This document shows, one piece after another, positions 40,794-53,695 of a stretch of 64,000 nt of DNA. Both the position numbers and the translations under genes were made by a program. Where the stretch lies: assembly GCA_963575745.1 (NCBI GenBank), contig CAUYUJ010000014.1:1-64000 (forward strand). Direction: 5' to 3'. Within the stretch, counting starts at the first letter, position 1. Every line of letters begins with the position of its first letter. The stretch comes from Prorocentrum cordatum. Taxonomy: Eukaryota. Below the pieces are notes generated by a model. That model was not told the origin of the DNA. It did not search any database and worked only from the letters and a program-made list of their open reading frames with translations.

Positions 40794-43300
40794 TACAGAG
40801 AGACCTCCCGTCGTGATGTCTGCATGACCCTGAGAGGGGGCTGGGCCCTTCGGTCCAGCACCTCCTCGGCCCCAGATGCTCCTCCTCCTCCTCCTCCTCC
40901 TCCTCCTCCTCCTCCTCCTCCTCCTCCTCCTCCCCCTCCTCCCCCATCCCCCTCCTCCCCCTCCCCCTCCTCCTTCGTCCCTCTCCCTCCCCCCTGCCGC
41001 GCTCCCTGCCCTCGCAAGAAGGTTTCTGGCACGCTCTGGCACCTGGGGGCCCTCGCCGTGCCCGGGGGCCGCCAGTGAAGACGACTCGGGAGGAGACGCC
41101 GGTGTCGGGGAACGATTGGGACTCTTCTTCCTCCTCCTCCTCTTCTTCCTCCTCCTCCTCGTCCTCTTCCTCCTCCTCCTCCTCCTCCTCCTCCTCCTCC
41201 TCGTCCTCCTCCTCCTCCTCCTCTTCCTCCTCCTCCTCTTTGTCCTCCTCGTCCTCCTCCTGCAAAAGCGGATGATGCTGGGTGGTGAAACGGGCAAGCC
41301 GCTCGAGACATCCCCGCCATTTTGGCGCGAACGGAGGAGTGCAATCCCCAACAACCCTCTCCGTTCCCTTTTCTGTCCTGCGTCCCGCGCAGAAATGCAG
41401 TCTCCGCGTTTATCTCCATTGCTCCGGCGCGCAGGACAGCCTGTACAGTAAGAGCTCGACCACAAGAAGCCTTCCACAAGAAACCCAACCCTGAGACCCA
41501 GGACGTCCATTGACTTTTTGGGTGTGGGAACGTCACGCCTTCCACAGCAAAGCCATCGAAACCCAAGAAACCCAGGACACCCTGGAGACATGCAGGGCGT
41601 TTCTTGGCATGGGCCCCCACTGTAGCGCTGGACGCTGTACCTAGGATTCTTCCTGGCACGAGTTGTGCCAAAACACGAGCCACCGCTTCGGCTGCCGCCG
41701 CTCTGCACCTCTCCACCCAGAACCTCGACGTCATGAGTTTTTCATGCCGTCGACCCCCTGAGGTCTGGACCCATTCCCCAAGACCGGCTTCTCATCCCGA
41801 GTCGTTTTCTGACGGCCCCGAGGCCCGGAGAGGGCCTCCAGAGGCCGAACATTGAGAGAAACCTGCCGTCACGATTTTTCCATGACTCGAGGGGCTCTAG
41901 GCAGCTCGCCCGCTTCGCCCGAGACGGCCCACCCGGATGCGTGCAGACGCCTGCCTGCGGCCCTGGCCGGCCTCACGACCCTGTGCGCTCCCCTCTCGGA
42001 CAGCGCGCCCGCTTCGAGCTCGCCGGGCCTCGGACCCCCCCCCTGCCAGCTTCCGGCCCAGGGGAAGCGGGTCAAAGGGAGCTGGGCGGGCGAGCCCAGA
42101 CATCTGGCGTCTCGAGCAAAATCGAGACAGAGGTTTTCCAACGTGTGCGGCCTCTCGGGGCCCTCCCTGGGCCTCGGGACCGTCAAAAAACAGCCCGTGA
42201 TGAAAAAACCGGTCCGGGGGAAGCGGTCGAGAGGTCGGGGGCCCGCGCCTCGGAAAAATCGAGACGCCGGATGTCTGGGGGGGTCCGATGGGAGCTGGGC
42301 CCGAAGGGAGCTGGGCCTGAGGGGAGCTGCGGCGAGGGCTACTTTTGTTATCTCTCCGCGTGCCCGACCGAGGCAGGGCACCTGCATGCAAAGGAACAAG
42401 CTCATGAGCCGCTCCGCGCCCTCGCTGCAAGGGCGACTCTCGAAGGGCCTGTGGGCGACCGCCTTGCGGCCCCCGCGCGGTGAGGGCATTGGGCAAGGAG
42501 CCCTTGGATAAGGAAACCAGAATCTGGAAGTCGGTGGAGCTCTAGTCGTGGATTGGCGATCATCGGCGTGTGAGATGCTTCCCCCTCCCCAAACCCCTAC
42601 CCCGGGAGCTCGGTCCGGTCGATTTGGAGGGGGGGGGGGGGTCCGGGACGAGCGCACCACGGCCGGGACGAGCGCAGCACGGCCGGGACGAGCGGTTCAC
42701 GGGGCTTTTCCGGGCCCAAGAGGGCCTCAAGACGGGCCAAGAAGCCCCCAAGAGGCCTCCAAGACGGCCCACGAAGGCCCCGAGACGCCAAACGACCGCT
42801 CCAAGACGCCCAAGATGGCCCCAAGACGGGCCAAGAGGTCTCCAAGACGGCCCCCGAGGTCCCAAACAAGCCTCCCAAGAGGGCCCCAAGAGTCTAAAAT
42901 TGTTGATTTTCCAATAGTGTTTTTCTATGTTTTTTGCTTTTCCGCCTTTTCGGCTTCCCGACGCTCCAAGACGGCCAAAGAGGCCCCAAAACAGCCCCAA
43001 GATGGCCCAAGAGGCCCCCAAGACGGCCTCCAGACGGCCCAAGACGGCCCCAACACGGCCCAAGAGGTCCCCAAGACGGCCCAAGAGGGCTCCAAGACGG
43101 CACCAAGAGGGGCCCAAGAGGGCGACCAAACATGTTGAAACTCTAGCTTTCTGCCCCCAGGAGCCCCAGGGGGCCCCAAGAGTGCCCCAAGAGGCCCCCA
43201 GAGGCCCTCACGAGGCCGCCCAGACGCCCCAAGGAACCCCCAAGAAGCACCCCAGAGGCTCCGAAACGGCCCCCAAGTGGCTCCAAAACTCGCTTCCAGA

Positions 43301-43786
43301 GGCCCCCGAGAAGCGATCCGCGAGATCCCGATACACATACAAGAAGCCTCTCACCCATAACCCATAACCCAGAGCCGTTTCTCCGTGTCCCCCTTCTCCT
43401 CCTCCTCCTTTTCCTCCACCTGGGCCCCCAAGTGGTTCCAAACTGCCTGCCATAGGCCCCCGAGAGGCGTGCCGCGAGATCCCGATACACATACAAGACG
43501 CCTCTAACCCATAACCCATAACCCAGAGCCGTTTCTCCGTGTCCCCCTTCTCCTCCTCCTCCTTTTCCTCCACCTGGGCCCCCAAGTGGTTCCAAACTGC
43601 CTGCCATAGGCCCCCGAGAGGCGTGCCGCGAGATCCCGATACACATACAAGACGCCTCTAACCCATAACCCATAACCCAGAGCCGTTTCTCCGTGTCCCC
43701 CTTCTCCTCCTCCTCCTTTTCCTCCACCTGGGCCCCCAAGTGGTTCCAAACTGCCTGCCATAGGCCCCCGAGAGGCGTGCCGCGAG
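43301..43786 (+). repeat. 154-bp tandem repeat (3 copies plus partial) with (TAACCCA)n motif
   Basis: GGCCCCCGAGA starts units at 43301, 43455, 43609 and 43763. Confidence 0.9.
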
Positions 43787-44983
43787 GTGCCGTGGCGCTT
43801 CCATCTACTGAACATGCCTCCGTTTCGGCACACCCCGCACGCGGCAACTTGAGTAAAAGGCCCCAGAACCCGAATATACGCGCGGTTCCCCGCCAACATT
43901 GGGCACGTCCCTCATACATTTCGTGGCTCCACGGCGCGCTCCAACCATAGCCCCAGTACCCGCGGTCACGTAAACTTCCAACCCCACGCGCACACACACG
44001 TCGATCGTGTCGTGGCTCCAGAATACGTCCACCGTGGGGCCCAGTGGGAACATTCGCATGCAAGTATACCCCATGCCGGCACACCCTTTGCACGCGCCGT
44101 GGCCTCGCACATGGCCAAGTTGACCCATCATGACTCCTGGGCAGTCCCCCAAAAAAACTCCCGACCGCTACCGAAACGGCTCGAAGACATTCCCGAGCCC
44201 AACCTGGCTCCATTATGCCTCTCAGATGGCCCCAGATGAGACCACGACCGCCCGCGGTGTCGCCGTGCGCTCGGACCCCCCCGCGGAACTGCCCGAGACC
44301 CTCTGGCGGTGGCGGCGAACAGACACCAAACAAACATCACTCGCCTTTTCACCCCTTCGCAGCTTCTACTACCCCCAGATTGGCATAAACAAGGGGTCGG
44401 CGGTGTGGCGTAAGCCTAAGATCTGGAAGTCGGTGGAGCTCTAGTCGTGGATTGGCCAAGGATACCACTGCCGCCCTCATCAGATAGGAAATCCTCCAGG
44501 GTCTGAAGGCCCCCCGCCCAACTCAGGGAAAGGTGGGTAGCCTGGGAGGAAGTGTTTAACATGAGGGTCGTCCACTGGGCACGGGGCACGGTGGCTGGTT
44601 TGCGTGCTGCTCAAGACAAGCCCAAGATGGGCTCCAGATACCTCCAGCAGGGCCCAAGAGGCCCCCAAGTGGCCCTCAGACAGACAGCCCATAAGTCCCC
44701 GAGATGATTTCAAGAAGGCCCCAGAGGCCCCCAGCAGGCCTCGAAGGCAATCCCCAGACGGCCCTTGGACGCCCCAACATGGTTCTGAGACCCTCCAAAG
44801 CGAAACCTGCCCTGAGACCCAGAAGAGACGCAGAGAATGCTCGAAGAGGTCCAACAATTTTCCCAAAAAGTCCAATAGGGCACGTCCTCCAGAGCCTTAT
44901 CCTTTTCCTCCTTCTCATCCTCCTCCTCCTCATGCGCTTCCCATTGTTTCCTCTGGGCTTCTTCGGGTCGGAATGGCGCAAAC

Positions 44984-47900
44984 CTCGAGAATGAATCCAG
45001 CCAGCCACTCCACAGTAGGCTCGTCCTTGATCTCGTAGGCCAGCAGGTGCTTCATGGCCTTGGCGCCCTGTTGCAACGACTGGCCCATCATCTGCTTCGC
45101 GCCCGCGTCTCCGACGCTGCCCAAGTTCACTCTCGTGGGATCCTGGAAGCCGATCTTGCGGAAGAAGACCTCGCGCAGGTGCTCGTCCCTCATGTCGATG
45201 TTGTAAGCATCCGCGCAGCACATGGGAGCGGGCTGCTGCCAGGCCACAATGTCGTACGGGAGCTGAGAGAACCAGGGCCCGTGGAAGGGCAGGAGGTCCT
45301 CCTGAGGAGACCAAAAAGGCACCGACAGCGCTGCTCCCCAGCCCTCTCTCCCTGGGTGCGCTCTGACCACAATTCCGTGGCGAATCCAGCCAGCGCGACG
45401 AAGGCCTCTCAGGAGACACCCAAACATGTGAAAGCGAGGCGTCATGAAAAGCAGTGTCAACGAGACCTCTCAGAAGGCCCTCCCAGGAGGCCCCCGAAAG
45501 GCAGCAACATCGGTGTCCTCCACTGACTCGTGCATTTCAACATCCACGGCCTCGCGGGCCGGGACCCTTTGCCGCGACCCACGCACTGAACGTATCCATG
45601 TGACCGCGAATCCACGCGATCGCGCCACAGAACCAGGACCGCGAGGGCGCGGATACGGCGAGGGCATTGGAGAAGGCACCCTTGGAGAAGGAACCCAGGG
45701 TCTGAAAAGTCGAAGGAGCACCCATTGAGGCTTTGCCATGGATGCCAACGCCACCCTCACCAGACAAGGCATCCCCCTGAATCTGACGACTCCTGGGCAC
45801 GTTCCCTGACGAACGCCCTCGCCGCACGGAGCACGCGGACGTGACCGCCGCTCGTGATCCGGCGTCCTCCGGGTCCACGCGCTTGCAGCCAACGAGCACC
45901 AAGCAAGGCTCGAAGCGCAGGGAGTTGTAGCCGTGCTTCCGCCTGCAGGTGTCCACGGTCCCCGAGTCCAGGCGGGGCGCCGTCAGCCGCCGCTGGACGC
46001 GCTGCCCGTGGGTCCTGCACACCTCGCCAAGCTGCTCCTGCTGGTGGCATCCACCAGCTCCAACTCGATCCTCCTCCTCCTCCTCCTCCTCCTCCTCCTC
46101 CTCCTCCTCCTCCTCCTCCTCCTCCTCCTCCTAGTCCTCCTCCTCTCCTCCTCCTCCTCCTCCTCCTCCTCCTCCCCTCCTCCTCCTAATCCCGCTCCCC
46201 CTCTCCTCCTCCTCCTCCTCCTCCTCCTCCTCCTCCTCCCCCTCCCCGATCCCGCTTCCCCCCCTCCTCCTCCTCCTCCTCCTCCTCCTCCTCCTCCTCC
46301 TCCTCCTACCTCCTCCTCCTCCTCCTTCCTCCTCCTCCTCCTCCTCCTCCTCCTCCCTCCTCCCCTCTCCCCCATCCCCCTCCCCCTCCCCCTCCCCCTC
46401 CTCCTCCCTCTCGGGGTGGCGCGAGGGGGGCAGCCCTGATTGGATCGGCCACGCCAAGATACGCTGCAGCGCCTTGCATGCATCGGGCCGCATCGGATCG
46501 TCGGAATTCGGTGGGGGGCATCTTTTTTGTTACCTCTTCGCAGGCGCAAGCGCCCTTGTCGAATTCAGACATTGTTTGGCGCGGGCGGGACTCCCAGGGG
46601 CAAGCCGCTCATGGCTCGCCCTCCTGGGGTCCTCTGCCCCCGCGCCCAACCGCCGCGCGCTCGGCGCGGGCCTCGCGGCCGCGGCCCCTTGCCGCCTCCA
46701 GGGACCCGAAACCGTGGGCCCTGGACTGGAAGAGGAACCATCGGATAAGGAATCCAGGGCTTGAAGCTGGTGCAATTGCTAGACTGAGGCTTGACCACGG
46801 ATGGCACCGCCACCCTCACCAGACAGGAGACCATCCAAGGTCTGAAGCAGCCCGGGCACGCTCCTGTAACCAAACGCCCCCACAGTGAGCGTTTTCTCAT
46901 TCGGCGTTTCGACATCGGGCGGAAAGGGAGGGGGAGGGGGGTGCTGCCTCTGGACCCCTTCTTAGTGCGACTGTTTGCAGCAGGGCGTCCTGTGGGGGAG
47001 GGGCTCCACCCGCTCGAAACAGGCGCCCAAAACAGCCAAGATCTACTCCACGGGGCGGGGGGGGGAGGAAGGGGTGTGAGGGCCCGCGCCGATCGGCAAA
47101 ACGACGACTCACAGAAAGACCGGCATCGAATCGGGCCAGATCGACGGAACCTCGGAGCCGAATCGCGCCGGGCCAGCCGCGTGCGACGGTGCGGCGCCGA
47201 GGCGGACATCGATCGGCTCGAGGCGGGCCCCGCCCTCGTGAGGGCAGCCGCCGGGCCTGCACGGCGCCGAGGCTAGCCTCGTCCATGAACTCCCGGGCAG
47301 GCCGGAAGCCGCTGTGGTGCCGGGCCAGGCCCGCCGCCGTGGCGAAGGCGTGGGCGTCGTCGTCGTCCGGGGGGGGGAGCCGGCTCGGGGGGCCGAGGTG
47401 AGCCAGCAACGGGGCGCAGGAGGACATACCAACACCAACATTATACCGTCGGGGCGCTGACCTGAGGAACTCCAAAGAAGGAGCGAGGCCCCTTTCTCCC
47501 ATAGGTTGAACTTCGGTTTCCCATGGAAACCTCAGGAAGACCGAAGGCAAACTGCCGGACAATCAAGGAACACCGAGCCCCCCCCCCAACGGAAAGGGTT
47601 CCTTCGTCAGGGCCCCGACTGTGTACCCCCCCACCTTGGAGGCGCACATGCGAGCCGAACATGCAGTACCAACACTTCGATTGGCAGATCTCTACCCAGG
47701 CGGTGCGGCCAGAAAGCGCCCGCCACCGAGCCTGCAGTCATCGGCCTGACCTAAGGAACGATACATGAGGAACGAAGCCCCTTTTTTCCCGAATAGTATC
47801 GCATAGGGAGCGATGCGTAGTAAATAACGCATAGGGAACGAGAAGTAGCGCATGCGAGCCCAAGAAACGACCGAGTCCTTCTTCGAAGAGCACGTGTTCC

Positions 47901-49242
47901 TTATTCGAGCCGCTCGTTGTATACCATGCGAATTCTCAGCGCGCGCGTCGCCCCCTGGGGGGGGGGGGGGGGGGGGGGGGGGGCGACACACACAGTAGTA
48001 GAAGTATGTTTCAACGATGCCGACTCGGGCCAACAGACGGGGCCCTGGGACACACAAATTAATATACACAAATAACAGGATTCCGCATTTTTCCTCATAT
48101 TTTCTGGGTTTTCGTCTTCCCCCCCGACTTCCCATATTTTCCCATACGTTCTGGAAGAATCGACGATGGATTGTGTCCGTGTGTTTGTTTCCCTCCTGAA
48201 ACAGAAAAGGGGGGTGAGCAAAGGGTCGAGGAAGGGCCGCCAGGGCTGGACGAGGCTCGAGAAACTGGCCGGCATCCGCGTCGACCCCGGGGAGGGTCTT
48301 CCTCCTCCTCCCCCTCCTCCTCCTCCGCCCTCGTCCTCCTCCTGCTCCTCCTCCTCCTGCTCCTCCTCCTCCTCCTCCTCCTCCGCCCTCCTCCTCCTCC
48401 TCCTCCGCCCTCCTCCTATCTTGAGCGGAGTTGCCCTCGACTAGCCACCCACTCTTGACCGATTGTCTCGGGGCTCACCCAGCTCGGATCCCCAAGGCCG
48501 CCTCCCAGTCTGGGATGCTCCCGACGACTCGCAGCACGCGGCCGGGCGTTCGGAGGCTGGCGTGCTCGTTGTTCGAGGTGAGGTGGAAGATGTTTGCGTG
48601 GTCGTCTCCCGACATGCGCGAGAAGGGCGCGGAAAGGGGATGCGCAAAGTCGAAATAAAGCAGCACGTCGCCGGCGGGCACGGTGGCATTCGGCGGCGCC
48701 TCGAACTCCTGCATGCCACCCACGGTGCACAGGGGGTCGTCTGCGCAGCTGCGCTGGTAACAGCGCCCTGCGGCCTCGAAGGCGGTGGGATCCCTGTTGT
48801 AAGCTTTCTGCGGGTATTTCTCTCCGCCATCTTCGCCGTCATGCACCAGAAGCTCGAAGTGCTCCCCACGCGTGAGCGCACAGATGCCCCGCCCCCTGAC
48901 GCCGTAGGCCGCGTCGTCGTGGTAGGTGCAGCACGACGTCATCAGGGTCGAGTTCTTCGCCGCCGCCGCGCAGGCTTTGCTGCAGTCGTCCATGGACTTG
49001 CCGACGTCTGCGAAGAGTATCAGCGCATCGCTGCGCCTGTGCACGGTTTCCCCCAGGGCCGTAGGCGACCCGAGGAGAAGGAGGAGGAGAAGGAGGAGGA
49101 GGTGGAGGAGGAGGGGGAGGAAGTGGAGAAGGGGGAGGGGGAGGAGGAGGAGGAGGAGGAGGAGGAGGAGGAGGAGGAGGCGGAGGGGGAGGATGAGGAG
49201 AGGATGAGGATGAGGATGAGGATGAGGATGAGATGATGATGA

Positions 49243-49284
<42 letters not shown>

Positions 49285-52200
49285 GTGGTGTGGTGGTGAT
49301 GATGAGGATGATTGATGATGATGATGAATGATGATGATGATGATGATTATGAAGGATGATGATGATGATGAGGATGAGGATGAGGATGAGGATGAGGAGG
49401 AGGAGGAGGAGGAGGAGGAGGAGGAGGAGGATGGGGGGGATGAGGACAGGCCGCCCAAGCCCTCTGGAGAAGCCCTCCGTGCGCCTGTAGACGTCGCAGC
49501 TGTAGTCCTGCCGCAGGTCCTCGCACACGACCTGCCGCTCCCGCAGCTTCCGAGCGACGGGCGGGGCACCGCCGAGGAGGAGGCCACCACCCGGGGGTCG
49601 GGGGCGCCACGCCCTCGGGGAGGCGCGCGGCTTTTTTATCCTCGAGGGCGTGGCCCACAGGGGGCCAAGAGCACTCCAGTTGAGCAGGGACCGACCGTCC
49701 CGGCATTCCTAGGGAGGCCTGCCACGAAACGTTCGTGGAGCCCCAAGATGTTCGAATAAAAAAAGCAGTGGTCTTAGACCACAGCCCCGATGTGTTCAAA
49801 CAAGACAGCCTCGGCCAAAAATGTTCCAAGACCATTTCGTGGAAACCACACCAGGTTCTTAGAACAATGTTTGGTAGGCCGATCGGCACGACAGGACGCT
49901 TCGCCACTGCTTGAACTCCAGAGCCTCCCCAGACGACCCAAACGTCCAAAAAGACCTCCTCGAGCTTGGATCCTGCAGCCCTGGCTTCCACGAGGAACTG
50001 GCCAGCCAGCTCCAGCTCCTGACCCTCTTTCTCGCTTCTTGTTTCTCGCTGCCCACGCCAAGAGTCTCGCAGGCCGCTCTCATCCCCGGGGTGGTGGCCC
50101 CCCTTGGCACTGCCCGGGATGGTCAGAACATGTGGACCGCCCGGGAACACGGACTCGAGCTTGTTGGCGGGGAAGGCCTCCGCGCGGGGACGACCGGGCC
50201 AGGTGACGAACACCTGGTCGTTTGGGGACTGCAGGTCCCAGGCCGCCTCCATCGTTCCCGTCTGGGTGCTGGGCGCCTCCGTGGCCACGCCGCGCCACCT
50301 CACGCGGTCGCCCGCCTGGGGGGCCCGAGCGGCGCACGCACCACCGACCAGAAGCCCTGCCTTGAGAGGTCTGGGGGCACACTCTGCGTCGTTCTCTGAG
50401 GGGGTGCCCCAAAGCTCTTGTGGGTCTCCGGGGCCATCGCGGGATAAGAGAACTGCGCGGGGGCACCTGCCGGCAGGCGGGCTCCTTATCCGATGCTCCT
50501 GCCATCGTCTGGTGCGTCCGGCACGGAAGCGAATCACGGGGTGGGGACGGGGGGGCGCCTGGGGAAGCGCAGAGGGGCGAGAGGCGGCGCGGGGAGGACA
50601 GGAGGGGTACAATTGGACCTAGGCCTGGGCCAGAAGAGAACATCCTTCAGGTACATGGTGCCTTCCGCCGGCCCAAACACACAGAGAACATCAAAGGGCA
50701 CCCTCCCCAGGATGCGCAAGAACATCCGACAAGCATGAAGAATACTAGGCCCGAGCCGACCCCGATCGTATACCCGGTCCGACTGCAACTGTGCCCCCCA
50801 AACCCCACCCCTCCTGCACCCCCTTCACCACCCCGGCCACTCCCAACACACCCGCCACATACAGTCATCGGCCTGACCTAAGGAACGATGAATAAGTGAC
50901 GAAGATCCTTTTCTTCCAGAGAATAACGCACAAGAACCGATAGCAAATACATAACGCATAGGGAACGATAAATCATGCATGCGAACCTAAGAAACGACCG
51001 AACCCCTTTTTAAAACAAGTGTTCCTTATTCAAGCCGCTCACTGTACAGCTCCCTCTCGAGACTGCGCAGCCCACGTGATGAGAGTTTAGAGGCGGCGCC
51101 GTTCAGTTACCGTGGGGGGCGTGGCTGGGATGGAAGAGCAATGTGGTCCGGCACGCACGCGCACGTACAGGCGAAACAATGTCATCAGGAACACTGGATA
51201 AGGAACGATACCCCTCTTTTCCAAAGTTGAATTACACCAGAGAAGAACCCAATCAGTGGATGGTTTGGAATCGGATCGATAAGGAAATCGATAAGGAGAT
51301 CGCTGGGAACCCGGGAACCCGGGAACCCGGAACCCCAAATCGGCCCGGAACCAATAACCAGGAACCCGGGAACCCGGAACCGGGAACCCGGGACCCAGGG
51401 GCCACCCAACTCGGCGGGACTCTTTTGCAAAATCTCTCAACTTCCGCCAGGACCCCTTCAGTGCAGCACTGCTTGGGGAACTTCGATTTTTCTGAGAAAA
51501 CCTCAGGACAACCTGAGACAAACTGTAGAACACTAAAAAAGAACACTGAGCCCCTCCCCAACGCAAAGGGTACCTTCTTGAGCGGCTCGACTGCAGGGTG
51601 GTGTGTTACGCTTGCGTTTGCGCATGCCTCGCACGTCACTCGGACAGCAGTCGTGCGTGCGCCTGACCCGTGGTCACCACGGAGGTCACAATCGTCGCGC
51701 CTAAAGATCTGAGCCCGAAGCGCCATTCCATTCCCGGAGTGAGGTGGGGGCATCGGGGTGGCTGGGGCCATCGGCTCCTGGTGTCTGCTCCCTGGGAGTA
51801 GTACACCTGGCCCCCGAAGCTGTCCGACGTGGGCCTGCTTTGAACCAGATTCGGAGCACAGATGGGGCCAGGTTTGGACCAGGTTCGCCCCTTCTCAGGG
51901 GCGACAAACAGAACGAGGAGGGGGAGGAGAAGACACAGAGAGGGCGAGGAGGCGCGCGAAGAAGGACCGAATGCGGGCCGAACGCTGAAAGAAGCTGGGT
52001 CCCACGCCGCCGCCCGAGGCTCCCAGGAACAGACATCGAATGGGGCTTCCTTGCGTGCATAGAGACCTCCTCCCTCCTCCCTCTGTGCGTTTAACACGCG
52101 CAGCCGTTGCCAATACAGCACGCCGCTCTAGTGAGCAATTTGGCTGCTCACTGTCTCACCCTGCTCGCGCGCCGTCTGGACGCAAGGCTCCTGAACTGAA

Positions 52201-53500
52201 CTGAACATATGGGATACGAGTAGATGGGGTCGGAGGATCGCGCCGCATCGCGGATGCATCAGCGATGCATCGGCGATGCATCGGCGACTCTGGCGGTGCA
52301 TGGGCGACTCCAGCGTGGAGCCAATCGAGTTCCGCATCGAGCCGCGTCGGCTATGCATCGGCGATGCGGCGCGATCCTCCAACCCCACCTACTCCGACCC
52401 CATCTGGGAGACCAAATTAGATCGGGTAACAAACTCTATACACGGACACTGCTTCCGGCCCTGCACCGACACTTGCACAGCAAAGCGAGTCCTGATGTAT
52501 ACGGGATCCTGATGTATACATGTTCTGTGGTCTCCCTGGCAAACGGGAAACGAACAAATTACACCACACCACGCTCCGACGTCGTCCACGGCCCTCGGAT
52601 AGAAAAATAACAAACAACATAAGCATAACCTGCAGGCGCTCCGCGCGGATTTCTTGGATCCGTGCTGGACCCAGCGGCGCCTCCATTACCGCCCCTGGCG
52701 CGCTCCGCGCGCTGGGGCGGGCGCCAAAAGTTTACGTTTATGCCGCTTTTCCCTCGGCGATCAAAACAGTCCTGGGATTGAACAACAGCCTGCCAGTGGC
52801 AAAGCATATGTTTCGGTTTCTCAGACCCCTGACGTCGCGTGATTCCTTCACGACGTCGACCCCCAGAGGTCTGGACCCCTTCCCTGGGACCAGCTTCTCC
52901 TCCTGATCATCGCCTTTTGACACTCCCAGGGCCCCGAATGGGCCCCCCCAAGGGGCCGAAAATAAGGAAAAACCTCCCGTCGTGATTTTTCCTCCAAGGC
53001 GCAAGGAGGTCTGGGGGGGGGAGGAAGCGGCGGGGGAGGAGGAGGAGGAGGAGGAGGAGGAGGAGGAGGAGGAGGAGGAGGAGCAGGAGCAGCAGGAGGA
53101 TGAGGAGGATGGATAAGGGGAAGGAGAGGAGAGGAGGATGATGAGGAGGAGGAGGAGGATGAGGTGGGAGGAGGAGGGAGGGAAGGAGAGGAGCAAGGAG
53201 GAGGAGTAGGCGTGGAGGAGGAGGAGGAGGATGAGGCGGAGGAGGGAGGAGTGAGTCGGGAGGGGATGAGAAGGAGGAGGAGGAAAAGGAGGAGGAGCTC
53301 ACAGCGCGAGGGGGTCTGGGGAGCCCCCGCGGGCCGCCTCGAAGCCCGCGCGCGCGGTGCCCTCGGCCGGCGTGCAGGCGAAGGCCGCCAGCAGCTGGAA
53401 GGAGGCCCTTCCCGCCGGCAGGGCCACGGCCTCGCACCCGGGCGTGCGCTCGCAGGCCGCGGCGGCCTGGGTGAAGCAGGAGCTGTCGCCCTCCTCGCAG
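44984..53500 (-). CDS. Exons of a Cys-rich uncharacterised protein (probably upstream part of, or neighbour to, the 22-31 kb gene)
   Basis: GC3-rich exons at ~53495-53340, ~50430-49959, 49640-49485, 49036-~48497, ~47400-47278, 46037-45870 and 45301-44984. In-frame joins DVYR|RSDAL and KRVDP|EDLLP. Further candidate exons at ~44540-44460 and 42500-41910. The full model is not resolved. Confidence 0.6.
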
Positions 53501-53595
53501 AGGAGGAGGTCTGGGGGAGGAGGAGGAGGAGGAGGAGGTAGGAGGAGGAGGTGGCAGGGGGAGAGAAGGAAGAGGAGGAGGAGGCGGAGGAGGAG

Positions 53596-53695
53596 NNNNN
53601 NNNNNNNNNNNNNNNNNNNNNNNNNNNNNNNNNNNNNNNNNNNNNNNNNNNNNNNNNNNNNNNNNNNNNNNNNNNNNNNNNNNNNNNNNNNNNNN
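53596..53695. other. Assembly gap (100 N)
   Basis: Run of N that truncates the LINE RT. Confidence 0.99.

Noticed and set aside
43350..43680. True or interstitial telomere
   Set aside because: There are only 2-3 units of TAACCCA per repeat, and they differ from the TTTAGGG telomere repeat.
44609..44615. GCTCAAG on the plus strand as an SL remnant
   Set aside because: It is an isolated 7-mer with no element boundary or relic context, which is expected by chance.
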